A stretch of 64,000 nt of DNA from Eledone cirrhosa (taxonomy: Eukaryota): assembly GCA_964016885.1 (NCBI GenBank), contig OZ024740.1:230640001-230704000 (forward strand), in the 5' to 3' direction. Below are positions 26,269 through 38,808 of the stretch, piece after piece. The notes under the pieces are model-generated. The model saw nothing but the letters and a program-made list of their open reading frames with translations, had not been told where the DNA came from and did no database searches. Position numbers and translations under genes: made by a program. Numbering within the stretch: position 1 is the stretch's first letter; every line of letters starts with the position of its first letter.

Positions 26269-26350
26269 TACAGGGTTTCCCCAAAAAGAGTATACACACT
26301 TTTATAAGAATGCTGTTGAGTGTATACATATTTTGGGGACAACTTGGATA
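26269..26350. mobile_element. Tiny Tc1-like MITE
   Basis: TA-CAGGGTTTCCCCAAAA..GTATACAC / GTGTATAC..TTTTGGGGACAACTTG. Confidence 0.55.
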
Positions 26351-26720
26351 TATGTATATGTGTGTGTGTGTGTGTGTGTGTATAATTACACACACAATGA
26401 GACAATAATTTCAGTCCGATGGTTTATCTGTTCAAATCGGACACCCTGCTTCGCGGCATGGTGTTACGGCCCTTTACATTCTGAGTTCAAATCCCGCCGA
26501 AGTTAACTTTGCCTATCATCTTTACGGGGTCGATAAAATAAAGTACCAGTAACGAACTGAGGCCGATTTAATCGACTTTTCCCACCCCTCAAATTGTTGG
26601 CCTTGTGCCTAAAGCAAAAGCCATTATCGTTATTATTGTTCTTTACAAATCTTAGCTTTCGGTGTTGGATTTTAACATTTCAGATTTAGAAATTAATCGG
26701 TAATATGTATATATTTTTGT

Positions 26721-26912
26721 ATATTTTTTAGGCCGCTTATTTCTGCAGTTCTTACAGCAAATAAATGATTATTATTATTGGTAATATATATATATATATA
26801 TATACTTCGTTTTTGAATTTGTATAACAATATGTATATATATATATATATAACCAATAATAATCATTTATTTGCTGTAAGAACAGCAGAAATAAACAGCC
26901 TAAAAAATATAT
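26721..26912. repeat. About 60-bp inverted repeat around a (TA)n-containing spacer
   Basis: Arms 26721-26782 and 26851-26910. Confidence 0.8.
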
Positions 26913-28139
26913 TAACATTTGTGTATGATTTACATGTACATGCACTAATCTGTACGTATATGTGTATGTATGTAATCATGTGATTAAATCCATACCATGA
27001 TTTTATGCATGTCTCTAACTCTATACGGTTGATTATTTGGTAGCTAGGAATATTGAATATTATAATAAAGAAGATTTTACATACCTTACCACAAGCGTGT
27101 ATTATTGTGCATTTTAATCTCTGGCTTAGTGGTTAGAGCGTCGGATTCACAATCGGGCGATGTATCCTTGAGCAAGTCACTTTACTTCACGTTGCTCCAG
27201 TTTACTCAGTTATAGAAATAAGTTACGGTGTGACTGGTGCCAAGCTGTATCGGTCATTGGCTTCCCTTTGACAACATTGGTGGCGTGGAGAATGGAGACT
27301 GGTATGTAGGGGTATGGGTGGTTGTTAGTCTTCCACAAAACCACCTTGCTCTGATTTGTGTCACAGAAGGGAAACCTTCTTGGTGCAAGTTCCATGGTCA
27401 TTCGTGACTGAAGGGGACCTTTAGTACAAGCATGTATTATTGTACATTTTAATCTCTGCTCTCATGGTTAGAGTATTGGCTTCGCAATCGTGAGGTTGTT
27501 GTTCCCAGAGCTGGTTGTGTGATGTGTTCTTGAGCAAGATACTTTATTTCATGTCACTCCAGTTCATTCAACCTTAGAAATGAGTTGCAACGTCAGTGGT
27601 TCCAAGCTGTATTGGACTTCGCTTTTCATTTGGACAACATTGGTGGCATGGCGACCCAAGTCTTCCTCTACCATTCTCTACATCTTTCTTCCACTTTGAA
27701 CTCCTGGTACTTCATCACCAAATGATCATCTTCCCATCTTCCATATACATCATGTATCCACACCAGCATAGCCTTTTGTCTTTCATGTTACATCTGATTG
27801 TTTTTATACCCTTAGTTCATTCAGACTTTGTTGTTCATATTGGATGTGACATTCCACATACAATAGAGCATGTTTGATTTGCATTTGTTTTGCTCATTAA
27901 TAGCAAAAGTACAGTACACACGCGCATTAGCAGCAACCCAGCCTTAGCCTCAGTCGGTAATTCATAAGGCACCTATTATCATTTGTCATAATGTCCATTT
28001 TAATTAGAATAAAAGATAAAAGGTATTTAAATATTGCATAACATAATTTAAACATTTATTTAGAATATCAAAATACGGAAATTAATAAAGAAAATAACAG
28101 AAAAATGTATTCTACGAAAGATGTAAAACATTTACAGAA

Positions 28140-28751
28140 CTTATACAATGTTTCTAACTTTTTTCTTTGGAGCATATATGAAGAGTTTGTGGGGTTTTCC
28201 TAGTCGGGAATAACATACATACTATGGACCATGAGAGAAACAGCCCTCTTCTAAATGGGGACTGACAACCTGCAGGGTTTGACCTTGGGACTTGTTAATG
28301 GCCATTGCATAACTCTCACTGGAAATTGCAATCATTTGAAATAAAAGGGAGCATCTGTTGGTATTAGTGGCATTCTAGGTATAAATGTGATGTCTCCCAT
28401 ACCACATCCAGTGAAGAGTTTGGCTGTGATAACATGAGGCTGTAGTTCAGTCACAACTGTTGTGCCATCTTGGCAAGTTTCTGAGAAGCATGGTGAATGT
28501 GCCCTTCCTCAAGTCAAGGTTGTGTAGTAGCATACCGGACAGCTCCAGATTGTTGAGAAATTCAACGGGATAATGAACAGCTTCATCCTCGTCGACAACT
28601 TTGTTGATAGATTTATAGGTCTGGCTACCTCCAGGGATCATTTGTGAGAGATAATGTTGATAGCTTTCACTGTGATATTTTGCAGGGAAAGGAATGCTTT
28701 TTCACACAGCCACTCCTAATTGGAATGGAAGATTTGGTAATTGGGGAACAC
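28140..28751 (-). pseudogene. Helitron PIF1-type helicase C-terminal fragment
   Basis: YPVEFLNNLELSGMLLHNLDLRKG..MLLRNL, FIPRMPLIPTDAPF, LQFPVR, AMAINKSQGQTL, FSHG motifs with stops and frameshifts. Confidence 0.85.
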
Positions 28752-29739
28752 TTAATTAATGTAGCTTACAACACTTTCCACAACAGTACAAAATGAAGTA
28801 TCAAAAAACTCTTCAGTATCAAGCGATTGCTTTTTTATAAATTTAAATGGCTGAGAGGTGCTCATCCATAACTCTGTGTGTCCCTCTCCCTTCCTGCCTC
28901 TCTTATTCGCACTGAAGAAATCTCCGAGCCGGGGATAATCCAAACCCTTCCACACACACACACATTTTTGTTTTGGAAAATAAGGCAATTGCAAGCATGT
29001 CGAAGGTAAGATTAGTTGAAAACACAAAAAAACCTAGGAAAACAAAAATATTTTCACGATCCCCAGCAGGAGACTTCCTATAAATTTAAACCTCACACTA
29101 TGCATCCATTTTCAGAAAAAGGAGTCATTAGTGAGTGAATCGAATGTCAGATTGTTTGAAAACATAGTAAAATGGTAAAGATTGTGCCACGACAAAACAC
29201 GCCTGGTTCAAGCTATGAGGTGGTTGGTATTAGAAAGGGGAACTAACCACAGAAATTATGTCAAACTGGAGCATATGAGCAAGATGCAGACATCTGACCT
29301 GTTTGGCTAACCTCATTTATGAGACAATTTATCTAAGCCATTCAAACACAGAAAATAGACATAAAATAGTGATAAATATAAGACCATTTTGTTCCAATCT
29401 GACCACAAAACACTGATCAAACACCCTAAATTGAATGCCAACCTACACTCATGACTCCTGCTAAACTAATCTGACACCCACCTTCCAAACTTGGCAAATT
29501 GAATGTGGACTTCCCACCTTCTCAAACTTTGGAAATTGAACACAGACCACAACAGCCTCCAAAAGGACAGCTATTATCAAGCTGCAGCTCTCATATTACG
29601 TAGTTTCTATATAATAAAGCTATTATTATCTGATGGTTGACTTTGCCTTTCATCCTTACGGGGTCGATAAAATAAAGTACCAGTAATGCACTGGTTAATT
29701 GCTGGCCTTGTGCCTAATGTAGAAACAATTATCTGATAT

Positions 29740-29908
29740 TAGACAAAAATATACCTATTTTTTCTTCAAAGTCCCGACTGCAGTTTCGCTGATCTGTGTA
29801 TGCAACCAGCCTCACAGCAATGATGCATTTTATAGTGCAGAAATGTTGCACATAGATCGGCGAAACTGCAGCTGGGACTTTGAAGAAAAAATAGGTATAT
29901 TTTGTCTA
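29740..29908. mobile_element. Fold-back element with HHR 3' half
   Basis: Arms 29740-29806/29845-29908; left-arm complement reads C-GAAA-CTGCAG-TC^GGGACTTT. Confidence 0.75.
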
Positions 29909-31369
29909 TTATTTCCTCATATTTTGTAATTTGATAAATAGCTCTAATTATTGAGTTATTTTAATTATTTGGATTATTTTAGCTCTTTCGGTCATCGAGC
30001 AAAACTTGTTAAGGTGGACACCACACACATATGAATATCTGTGTATTTCATTATTATATATATATATATATATATTATAACTTAGTAACAGGAAGAAAGA
30101 CAGGAAGTTATTGTTTGACTGAGAACTTGATCTAAATGCTTGCAGCACAGTGTATTATGCTAAAGTCACCCAAGGGCCTGATAGTAATGTTAAACCCGGA
30201 AGTACATTAAGTCTACCACCCAAGAACAGGAGTGGTCTCTCCAGCAGGCTTCCACACAGTGTCTGTATACTAAATTTCATTCACAAGATTCTGGTCAAAC
30301 CTAGACAGTAGTAGAAGACAATTGCTCAGTGGAATTAAATTTGAAAACATGTAGACTTGCAAAGCAAAATTCTTAACCACGCAACTATGCCTAGATTACT
30401 ACAAAGTCAGGCATTTTTGAAAAGGTATAGTTGATTATATCAGCCCCCAGTACTTGAATGGTATTTTCATTTTATAAACTCTGGAAAGATGTCAAAGTAA
30501 ACCTTGATGGAATTCATACTGAGAAGCTAAGAAATGCTATAAAGTATCATTTAATGAGATTCTGCTATTGACTGCCCTATAATAATGGTTTCTAATTTTA
30601 GCCACAAGGCTAAAAATTTTGTTGACCCCACTGCGCTACTGGTACTTTATTTTATGGACCACATACTGATGAAAGGTAAAGTTAACCTCAGGTGAGGTTT
30701 GAACTCTGAGGTAACTATATACTGCAAAGCATGTCATCCAATGCTCTGTTGCTGTCAATCCACCACCCTTTGATTGCCCTTTAATAATGATAGTGTTTAT
30801 GTAAAAAATATTGATCTCTTAGATAACAGATAGTTATTACATGAAAGAATTCTCTTGATAAAATCCTTCTGTTTGTCATTTAAAAAAAAAAAATAAAAAC
30901 ATGGCCCAGATCCAAATTGGCAATTTGTATGATTTAGATCTTATAAACTTATTGTTGTTCTGTTGCCAGTGATCGCTGTAATTGATTAAAACTTACATTG
31001 TTATAGATTCATGACAAAGGGACCGGATAGCTGAAATATTTTGGTTTTGATCTACTATAGCTGTACTGCCTTGACCCCATTAGCCTTCATTATGCTGTAC
31101 ACTATCTACACCACCCTGACCCCATTAGCCCTGATTATCTTGTACTAGAGCTGTACCACCTTAATCCCATGAGACCTGATTAAGCAGATCTATGAATTAA
31201 ATCATTCTAGGTATGACCATTTTGTCTTTTTGTTTTTATGACACCATGCTGTACTGCAAAAGACCCAACTATAAAACCAAGATACCCCTCCATTTCTGCC
31301 ATAATATCCGCTACAGCCACCTCTTCTGCATGTATATGCCATAGCCTATCCTGATTGTTCATGCCCTAT

Positions 31370-32120
31370 CTCCACACCATTGCTCTTTACAAGCTATCCG
31401 CCTCATCACTATACCCACCCCTACCATTACACTATTGCTCTTTACAAGCTATCCGCCTCATCACTATACCCACCCCTACCACCACACCATTGCTCTTTAC
31501 AAGCTATCCGCCTCATCACTATACTCACCCCTACCACCACACCAGTGCTCTTTACAAGCTATCCGCATCACTATACTCACCCCTACCACCACACCAGTGC
31601 TCTTTACAAGCTATCCGCCTCATCACTATACCCACCCCTACCACCACACCATTGCTCTTTACAAGCTATCCACCTCATCACTATACCCACCCCTACCACC
31701 ACACCAGTGCTCTTTACAAGCTATCTGCCTCATCACTATACTCACCCCTACCACCACACCAGTGCTCTTTACAAGCTATCTGCCTCATCACTATACTCAC
31801 CCCTACCACCACACCATTGCTCTTTACAAGCTATCCGCCTCATCACTATACCCACCCCTACCACCACACCATTGCTCTTTACAAGCTATCCGCCTCATCA
31901 CTATACCCACCCTACCACCACACCAGTGCTCTTTACAAGCTATCTGCCTCATCACTATACTCACCCCTACCACCACACCAGTGCTCTTTACAAGCTATCC
32001 GCCTCATCACTATACCCATCCCTACCACCACACCAGTGCTCTTTACAAGCTATCTGCCTCATCACTATACCCACCCTACCACCACACCAGTGCTCTTTAC
32101 AAGCTATTCTCCTCATCACC
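31370..32120 (+). repeat. 55-bp minisatellite (about 13.5 copies)
   Basis: Unit CACCACACCA(T/G)TGCTCTTTACAAGCTATC(C/T)GCCTCATCACTATAC(C/T)CACCCCTAC. Confidence 0.95.
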
Positions 32121-32711
32121 TACCTACCCTGCTCTATCTGTGATCACTACCATCCCTTGTTTCCCTTACCACCCTCCATCTCTTTTTCAACTTACTCCAA
32201 CCACCCATCAACCTATTAGATCCAACCAGACATGTCATAGCTCCTTTCTTTTGCAGGATGCCCTTCCTAACAACAATTTTACAGTGTATGCTGGATGCTA
32301 TCCTATCTTTTCACTCCCATCAGACATGTACTCTGTACACTCTGTAAAATCGTGGTTAGGAAGCGCATCCTGCCATAGAAACCATGCCAAAAGATTTGAG
32401 AGGACTCTTCATTCACATCAGACATAACCTCTCTAATGCAGGTGTCACAAAAGATGCACCTAGTGCATTGGTGTCGGGCAGGGTTTCCAGTCATAGAAAT
32501 CTTGCCAAAACATAGGGTTCAGAGGACTCTTCAGTTTGTGTCAAGAACGTAACTTCCCTAGTGCTGGTGCCATGATAAAATGCACCCAGTATACCCTGTA
32601 AAGTGTAGCAATGTACATGAGGAAGATGTGAGGATGGTGGATCCTATTGAGATGACCCGTCCAAACTATGCTGGCTTGGAAGAGTGGACGTTAAATGATA
32701 CTGAAGATATA

Positions 32712-32748
<37 letters not shown>

Positions 32749-32754
32749 GTATGT

Positions 32755-34430
32755 AAATATCTTTAAGTCGTTTGGAAGCCTCGACAATGCAAATGGGTAA
32801 ATCTCCGGGTAACAAGATCCGGTGGTGGAGAGAGAGATGTAAGTGAGTGTACGTTGAGATGCGTGGTGTGTATGAGATGTGTAGAAGAATGAAGGAAAAA
32901 GTATAAAGGGTAAAATAAAATAACAACACGAGAGAGAGTTACCTTGGGAGAGATTTAATAGTCCCTATATATTTCGGATTCACATCCATCAACTGGGGGT
33001 TTTTCCGGGGTGGGGGAAAGGTTGTCTGTCGGACAAGTGCGAAACGCGTCCTCCGCTGTTTGTTGTTTTGAATATCTGAGGTATTCGGTAGAGCGCGCGT
33101 GCGCGTGAAATGGGGTCGGTCGGGCAGAGGTCAGCGGCCGAATGAGGGAGTGGGGTGGTGCTAGCTGTCAGTCCATTCTCTGCCTGTTTGTTAAATGTTA
33201 CTGTGTGTGTGTGTGTGCGTGTGTTGTTGTCTCGCTTGAGTGTGTGTGTGTGTGTGTGTGCGTGTGTTGTTGCCTTGTTCCTCTGTATTGGCAGTGTAGT
33301 ATGTTCGTATGGTGGAATGCTACTGTGTGTGTGTGTGCGCGTGTGTGTGTAGTTGTCTCGTTTGTGTGTGTGTGTGTGCGTGTGTTGCTGCATCGTTTGT
33401 TAGCTTAAACCAGCCATCTCATTTCGCTTCTCTCTGATCGGTTGTTTATTTGCGGTTGCAGGCGTTTGATAAAAAGCGCTTCCTTGATACGTAACGTGCC
33501 GACGTTTCTTTCAGTCGCTAGAATTGTGACAATGGGCCTTCCGTTTTTGTTTCTGCATTTGTCTATGTGTTTCCGGAAAGACGAGGCCCTGGTTTTAGTG
33601 TGTTCCTTGATCCGGATGTGCAAAAGTCGGATTGTGCTACCTATGTAGTATTGGTTGCACCTGTCACATTCTATCTTATACACGACGTATGTGCATAGGC
33701 AACAGTTCGCACGGCGTATCGGGCAGTCTCTGAGGGAGCATGCGTCAGTAGATTTCCCGGGTTTCCTGGAGAGGCATCTTCGCAGGGAGGGGCCCGAGTG
33801 GGCCAGGTGGATGTTGAGGCCCTCCCTCCGTATAGCCTTGCGGATAGCGTTGTGGTATTCTCGCCCAGGTGTAGCATTTTAAGGAAGCACTTGCCTTGGG
33901 TGCCTCTCTGTCTCTTGCGTCTGGTGTCTCCTATTCTGTCTGTGATCGAGGTAGGGTACCCGTTCGTCTCCAGCACCTCAAGGAATCGCTTGGTATGAGT
34001 GACACCACTCGCGGGATCGCTGCATCTGTTTTTGATTCGCGCGATCTCGTTCGTGATGTATCCTCTTTTGGCACTGTTAGGGAGGGCGGACTTGTAGTGA
34101 ACGAACAGGTCCCTGCAGGCTGCCTTTCGGTAGAAGTTGCAGTGGATCCCTCCCTGTTCCGTGATGTTGATTCGGAAGTCGAGGAGGGCAAGTGACCCGT
34201 CTTCGTTGGGGTGTTCAACACTGAAGTCAATGTTCTCGTCCGTGTTGAACGTCTCATAGATTCTGTTGACCGTGTCTTGGGAAGATGTGAGGATGAGGAT
34301 ATCATCCACGTACCTTGAGAAAAAGGCTACGGTGTTGGGGTGGCAGGCGTTGAGTGCCTTGCGTTCGAGGTTGTCCATGTAAGAGATCGCTAGCACACCT
34401 GATAGGCTTGATCCCATGGGCAATCCCGAT
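32755..34430 (-). mobile_element. 5'-truncated Penelope-like element 1 (RT C-half plus GIY-YIG endonuclease, 3' terminal repeat)
   Basis: PMGSSLSGVLA, RYVDDILIL, LALLDFRI, YRK; VVYKIECDRCNQYYIGSTIRLLHIRIKEH...IKEALFIKRLQPQINN; one frameshift near 33860. Confidence 0.92.
32963..32998 (-). ncRNA. Degenerate hammerhead in PLE 1 3' repeat
   Basis: CCC-CAGTTGA-T-GGAT-GTGA-ATCC-GAAA-TATA-TA^GGG. Confidence 0.55.
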
Positions 34431-34525
34431 TAACTCACTCGATATGCAAACTAGGCTGCTCAGCCGTTAATATGCATGAGGAAAGTAAATACTTTCAGAC
34501 GTTCAATCATCTGGCAGGAAGGTAT

Positions 34526-34568
34526 ACGTTGCTGACGATAGCTAATAAGCTTGAAACTAGTACAGCGT
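34526..34568 (+). ncRNA. Intact-looking minimal type-I hammerhead ribozyme
   Basis: ACGTTG-CTGACGA-T-AGCT-AATA-AGCT-T-GAAA-CTAG-TA^CAGCGT; 6-bp stem I, palindromic stem III. Confidence 0.85.
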
Positions 34569-34799
34569 TCCTTTGTCCGTGTTGAACAAATGAGCAACGA
34601 TGGTTGCTATACACTGTATGGCTTAATTCGGGATGTTTGTTTACAAACACACCGAGCATTATAATACATGTTCGGTGAATCCATACGTACATATATATAT
34701 ATGTGTGCATGTATGTATATATATATATATATATACATACTACTGTACGTCTGTATACATATATGCATGCACGTATACATACTTATATTTATATATATA

Positions 34800-35048
34800 T
34801 GTGTAGGTGTCACGACAAAAAAACACACAGTCCACGCTGTAATGTGGCCGTGTAGGCAACACGGTAAAAACCTCCCAGACCCACACTGTAAATGTGGTTG
34901 GTGTTAGGAAGGGCATCCAACTGTAGAAAACCTGCCAGATAGTCCTATGCGAGCAAGACAATCACTCTTGCCTCAAGTGGGAAAACCCCCGTCCAAACCC
35001 ATGCAAGCATGGAACACGGACGTTAAACGATGATGATGATGATGATGA
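34800..35048 (+). mobile_element. RTE 3' UTR fragment
   Basis: Closely matches 20340-20580; other copies at 45872-46280 and 63036-63250. Confidence 0.85.
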
Positions 35049-35069
35049 TACGTATATGTATATATATGA

Positions 35070-35113
<44 letters not shown>

Positions 35114-35443
35114 GTATGTATATGTATATATATATGTATATATATATGTATATATATATATATATATGTATATATATGTATATATATATGTATGTATATA
35201 TATGTATATATATATGTATGTATATATATGTATATGTATATATGTATGTATATATGTATGTATATATGTATGTATATATATGTATGTGTATATGTATATA
35301 TGTACATGTATATGTATGTATATGTATATGTATATATATGTAAATCAGGTTGGTGTTAGGAAGGGCATCCAGCTGTAGAAATAAAGCCCCGTCCCACCCT
35401 TGCTAGCAGGGAAAAGCGGACGTAAAATGAAATGAAAAATGAA

Positions 35444-35477
<34 letters not shown>

Positions 35478-35487
35478 GTATATATGT

Positions 35488-37420
35488 CATCATCATCATC
35501 ATCGTTTAACGTCTTTCTTCCATGCTAGCATGGGTTTAGACGGGAATTGTCCCACTTGAGGCAAGATTGGTTGTCTTGCTCGTGTAAGACTGTCTGGCAG
35601 GTTTTCTACGGCTGGATGCCCTTCCTAACACCAACCACGTTTACAGTGTGGACTAGGAGGTTTTTACCGTATTACCTACACCGCCACATTACAGTGTGGA
35701 CTGTGTTTTTTTGTCGTGACACCTACACGACCTCATTTATTTAGGACTTAGGACTGGATGTTGTGGTACCAACATAACTTTACAGCGAAAGGGGTGGTGT
35801 AGGTGGGGGTAGGGGTAGAGGGATGGGGGTGTATTTTGTTTAAGAGGTGCCTACTGCCTATAGGTTTTGCTTTGTACTTAGGCAAGGCGGGTTTTCTGTA
35901 TTTCTGTGTAGTGCCAAAGATCTCGGAATTTATCAAATCGTCCCAGGTTTTTCAGGGTCAGCCTACTCCGTAGCTACCATCTATTTTGATCGCCCTGCAC
36001 TTTTTTATATAGCTGTCATCTTTTATGCGCATCACGTGACCATATCAACGTAGTCTTCTCTCAAGTAAACAGCATCTGATCCCTCTTATTCCTAATTTCT
36101 CACTTAGTTCATTTATGCTTTGCTGTTCACGTATATTACTATTACACTTGCTACTACTTATTGCACCTGAGCACCAGCCACATATAAAATCTATGTTCTT
36201 AGTTAGCTTACCTGTGATCCCAATACATCTTTTATGCACCCATACTTTGCATTTTGGACATAAATGGAGTTTCTGCCTACTCCTTTCCTACACACTGATC
36301 ATGGCCATTTCCCAGATGGGACCAGTGCCCTATTTTCCTTCCTACATACCAGCACTTTAGTCTTAGACAAGTTAATTTTAAGGCCTTTTGATTCTAGGCC
36401 ATGCTTCCATGTTTGGAATTTCTTCTCTAGTTCAGCCATCGATTCAACTTTTACACTAAACTCTTCACTATATTCGTTGTTAATTCTAACCTTGCTGACT
36501 GTTTCTTTATACATGGCTTGTATAGCTCTCACAAGCCATTAATCGACACCTAGTTTTCTGAGAGCCCACCAGATAATGGAGCGGGGTCTCTGTCAAAGGC
36601 TTTTTCCAAGTCAACAAAAGCTAAGTATAGGGGTTTACTTTTAGCAAGGTACTTCTCCTGTAGTTGTCGTACAAGGAAAAGAGCGTCTGTGGTACTTTTA
36701 CCTGACACAAACCCAAATTGCATTTCATCTAGCTCAATTCGCTCTCTGATTAGTTGCACTATAACTTTTTCTGTGACCTTCATTACCTGGTCAATTAATT
36801 TAATGCCTCTATAGTTTCCCCTATCTAGGGCACCTCCTTTACCCTTGTAGCAGTTAATGATGATGTTGCTACCCCATTCTGTATGACTTGGTTTACTATC
36901 CGGGTGACCATAGTGTGTCCCACCGTTCCAGATGCTTTCAGCATTTCAGCAACTATTTCCGAAGGCCCAGCCACCTTGCCTATCTTCATATCTTTGATTG
37001 CCTTACTTATTATACTACCTTCGACTTGCATTGCTGGTCCCTTTATTGGATCGATGTGGCGCAGAATATCTTTGTCCCATTTATTCTCCTCATTTAGTAG
37101 CCTCTCGTAGTGACATTTCCAAGCTACCTTCTTATCAGCGTCAGTGATGGCAAGCACACCATCATCATTAAGGACACACTTCTCCCCGACAATATCACAG
37201 TTTTCCTTGACACATTGCCTAGTAATCCTGAACACCTCGCGTTTTTGGTCCTTGCTTTGTAGAACATGCTTGAACTTTCTTTCCTCTGCTTCCCTTCTTG
37301 TGAAGTACACTCGTCTCCTAGCTTCCCTCCTGGCCACTTGATAGTATTCTCTACTTCCCCCCTCCCACCATACTTTCCAAGCCTGCTTTTTGGCCTTGAT
37401 TGACCCCTCCACCCCTTACT
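35488..37420 (-). mobile_element. 5'-truncated, internally deleted RTE LINE (same family as 16350-20581)
   Basis: ORFs 36825-37412, 36550-36783, 36299-36532, 36045-36239 match the RT; YADD region deleted. Confidence 0.92.
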
Positions 37421-37543
37421 GTATATATGTATATATATATATAAATATATATATATATCTGTGTATATATATGTATATATATGTATGTATATATATGTAT
37501 ATATATATGTACATATATGTATATATATATGTATATATGTATG

Positions 37544-37581
<38 letters not shown>

Positions 37582-37691
37582 TGGATGGCCACTGATGAGG
37601 ACAAACTTTTTCATATGTAACCCATTTGCAGCGCCGCAGCTCCATTATTATCATATTTACATATATATTTATATATATATATATATATTGA

Positions 37692-37724
<33 letters not shown>

Positions 37725-37743
37725 ATATATATATTTATATATA

Positions 37744-37784
<41 letters not shown>

Positions 37785-38177
37785 GGAAGCACATGGCTTA
37801 GTGGTTAGAGCATTGGCCTTGCAATCAAAAGGTTGAGAAAAAAAGAGCAATAGAAGAGGTGAAGGAGATGAGAGAATAGAAGTGAAATAAAGAATAAAAG
37901 AGAGTGTTGTTTCCTTGAGCAAGACACTTTATTTCACATTGCTCCAGTTTACTCAGCTGTAGAAATGAGATGTAGAAATGCAAAGTAGTCGTGGAGGTGC
38001 CACGGCAAAAAAGCACCCAGCACTCACTGTAAATGAGGTTGGTGTTAGGAAGGGCATCCAGCTGTAGAAATCAAGCCAGAATCAGTTCCCGTCCCACCCT
38101 TGCAAGCATGGAAAAAGCTGACATAAAATGAAATGATGAAATGATGATGATATATTTATATATATATGTATATATAT

Positions 38178-38769
38178 ATTTATTAAAATAACAGATTAAA
38201 GTTTAAGCAAAGAATTGCTGCTTTCACCCTTAACGGGATCTTCTGAAACTAACAGTCAATCTGTAAACGCAGAAGTGGATATTTAAAAAAAACGTTGCAA
38301 CCGGAGGAAGACAGGAAGACGATACTTTGGTTCGTGGAAACGTTCCCTGGCAAAGAACGGGAAAAAACGAATATAATACGTCATTAATAGGAGCGGTGAA
38401 AAACAATTACGCGCAAAGACAGAACCACGTTTATGGTATAAAAGAAGTTGTAGACTAATATTCTCTTAGGTGGTTCATAGAGACGTTCTCTGGCAATGAA
38501 CGAAAAAAAACGAAGATAATACGTCATATGTGGAGCGTGGAGAACAATTGTACGCAAAGACAAAACCACGTAAATGGTATAGCTGAAGTCGTAGACTAAA
38601 ATTCTAACTAGGAGACCGAATGATTCTCCGCTTCAGAGTTAAGAATAAAGTAAATAAAATACAATACAGAGGTAATTGAAATTAAATAAATACATACACG
38701 CATCCAAATACGTACATACACAAGCATACGCGAAAACACTCGGCATAGGTATACAAAACCACGCACATA

Positions 38770-38808
<39 letters not shown>

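Noticed and set aside
31355-32427. Three overlapping 260-330 aa ORFs
   Set aside because: Artefact of a stop-free 55-bp tandem repeat
37582-37630. CTGATGAGGAC between TA tracts as a hammerhead
   Set aside because: No GAAA or closing stem II; at best a deleted remnant
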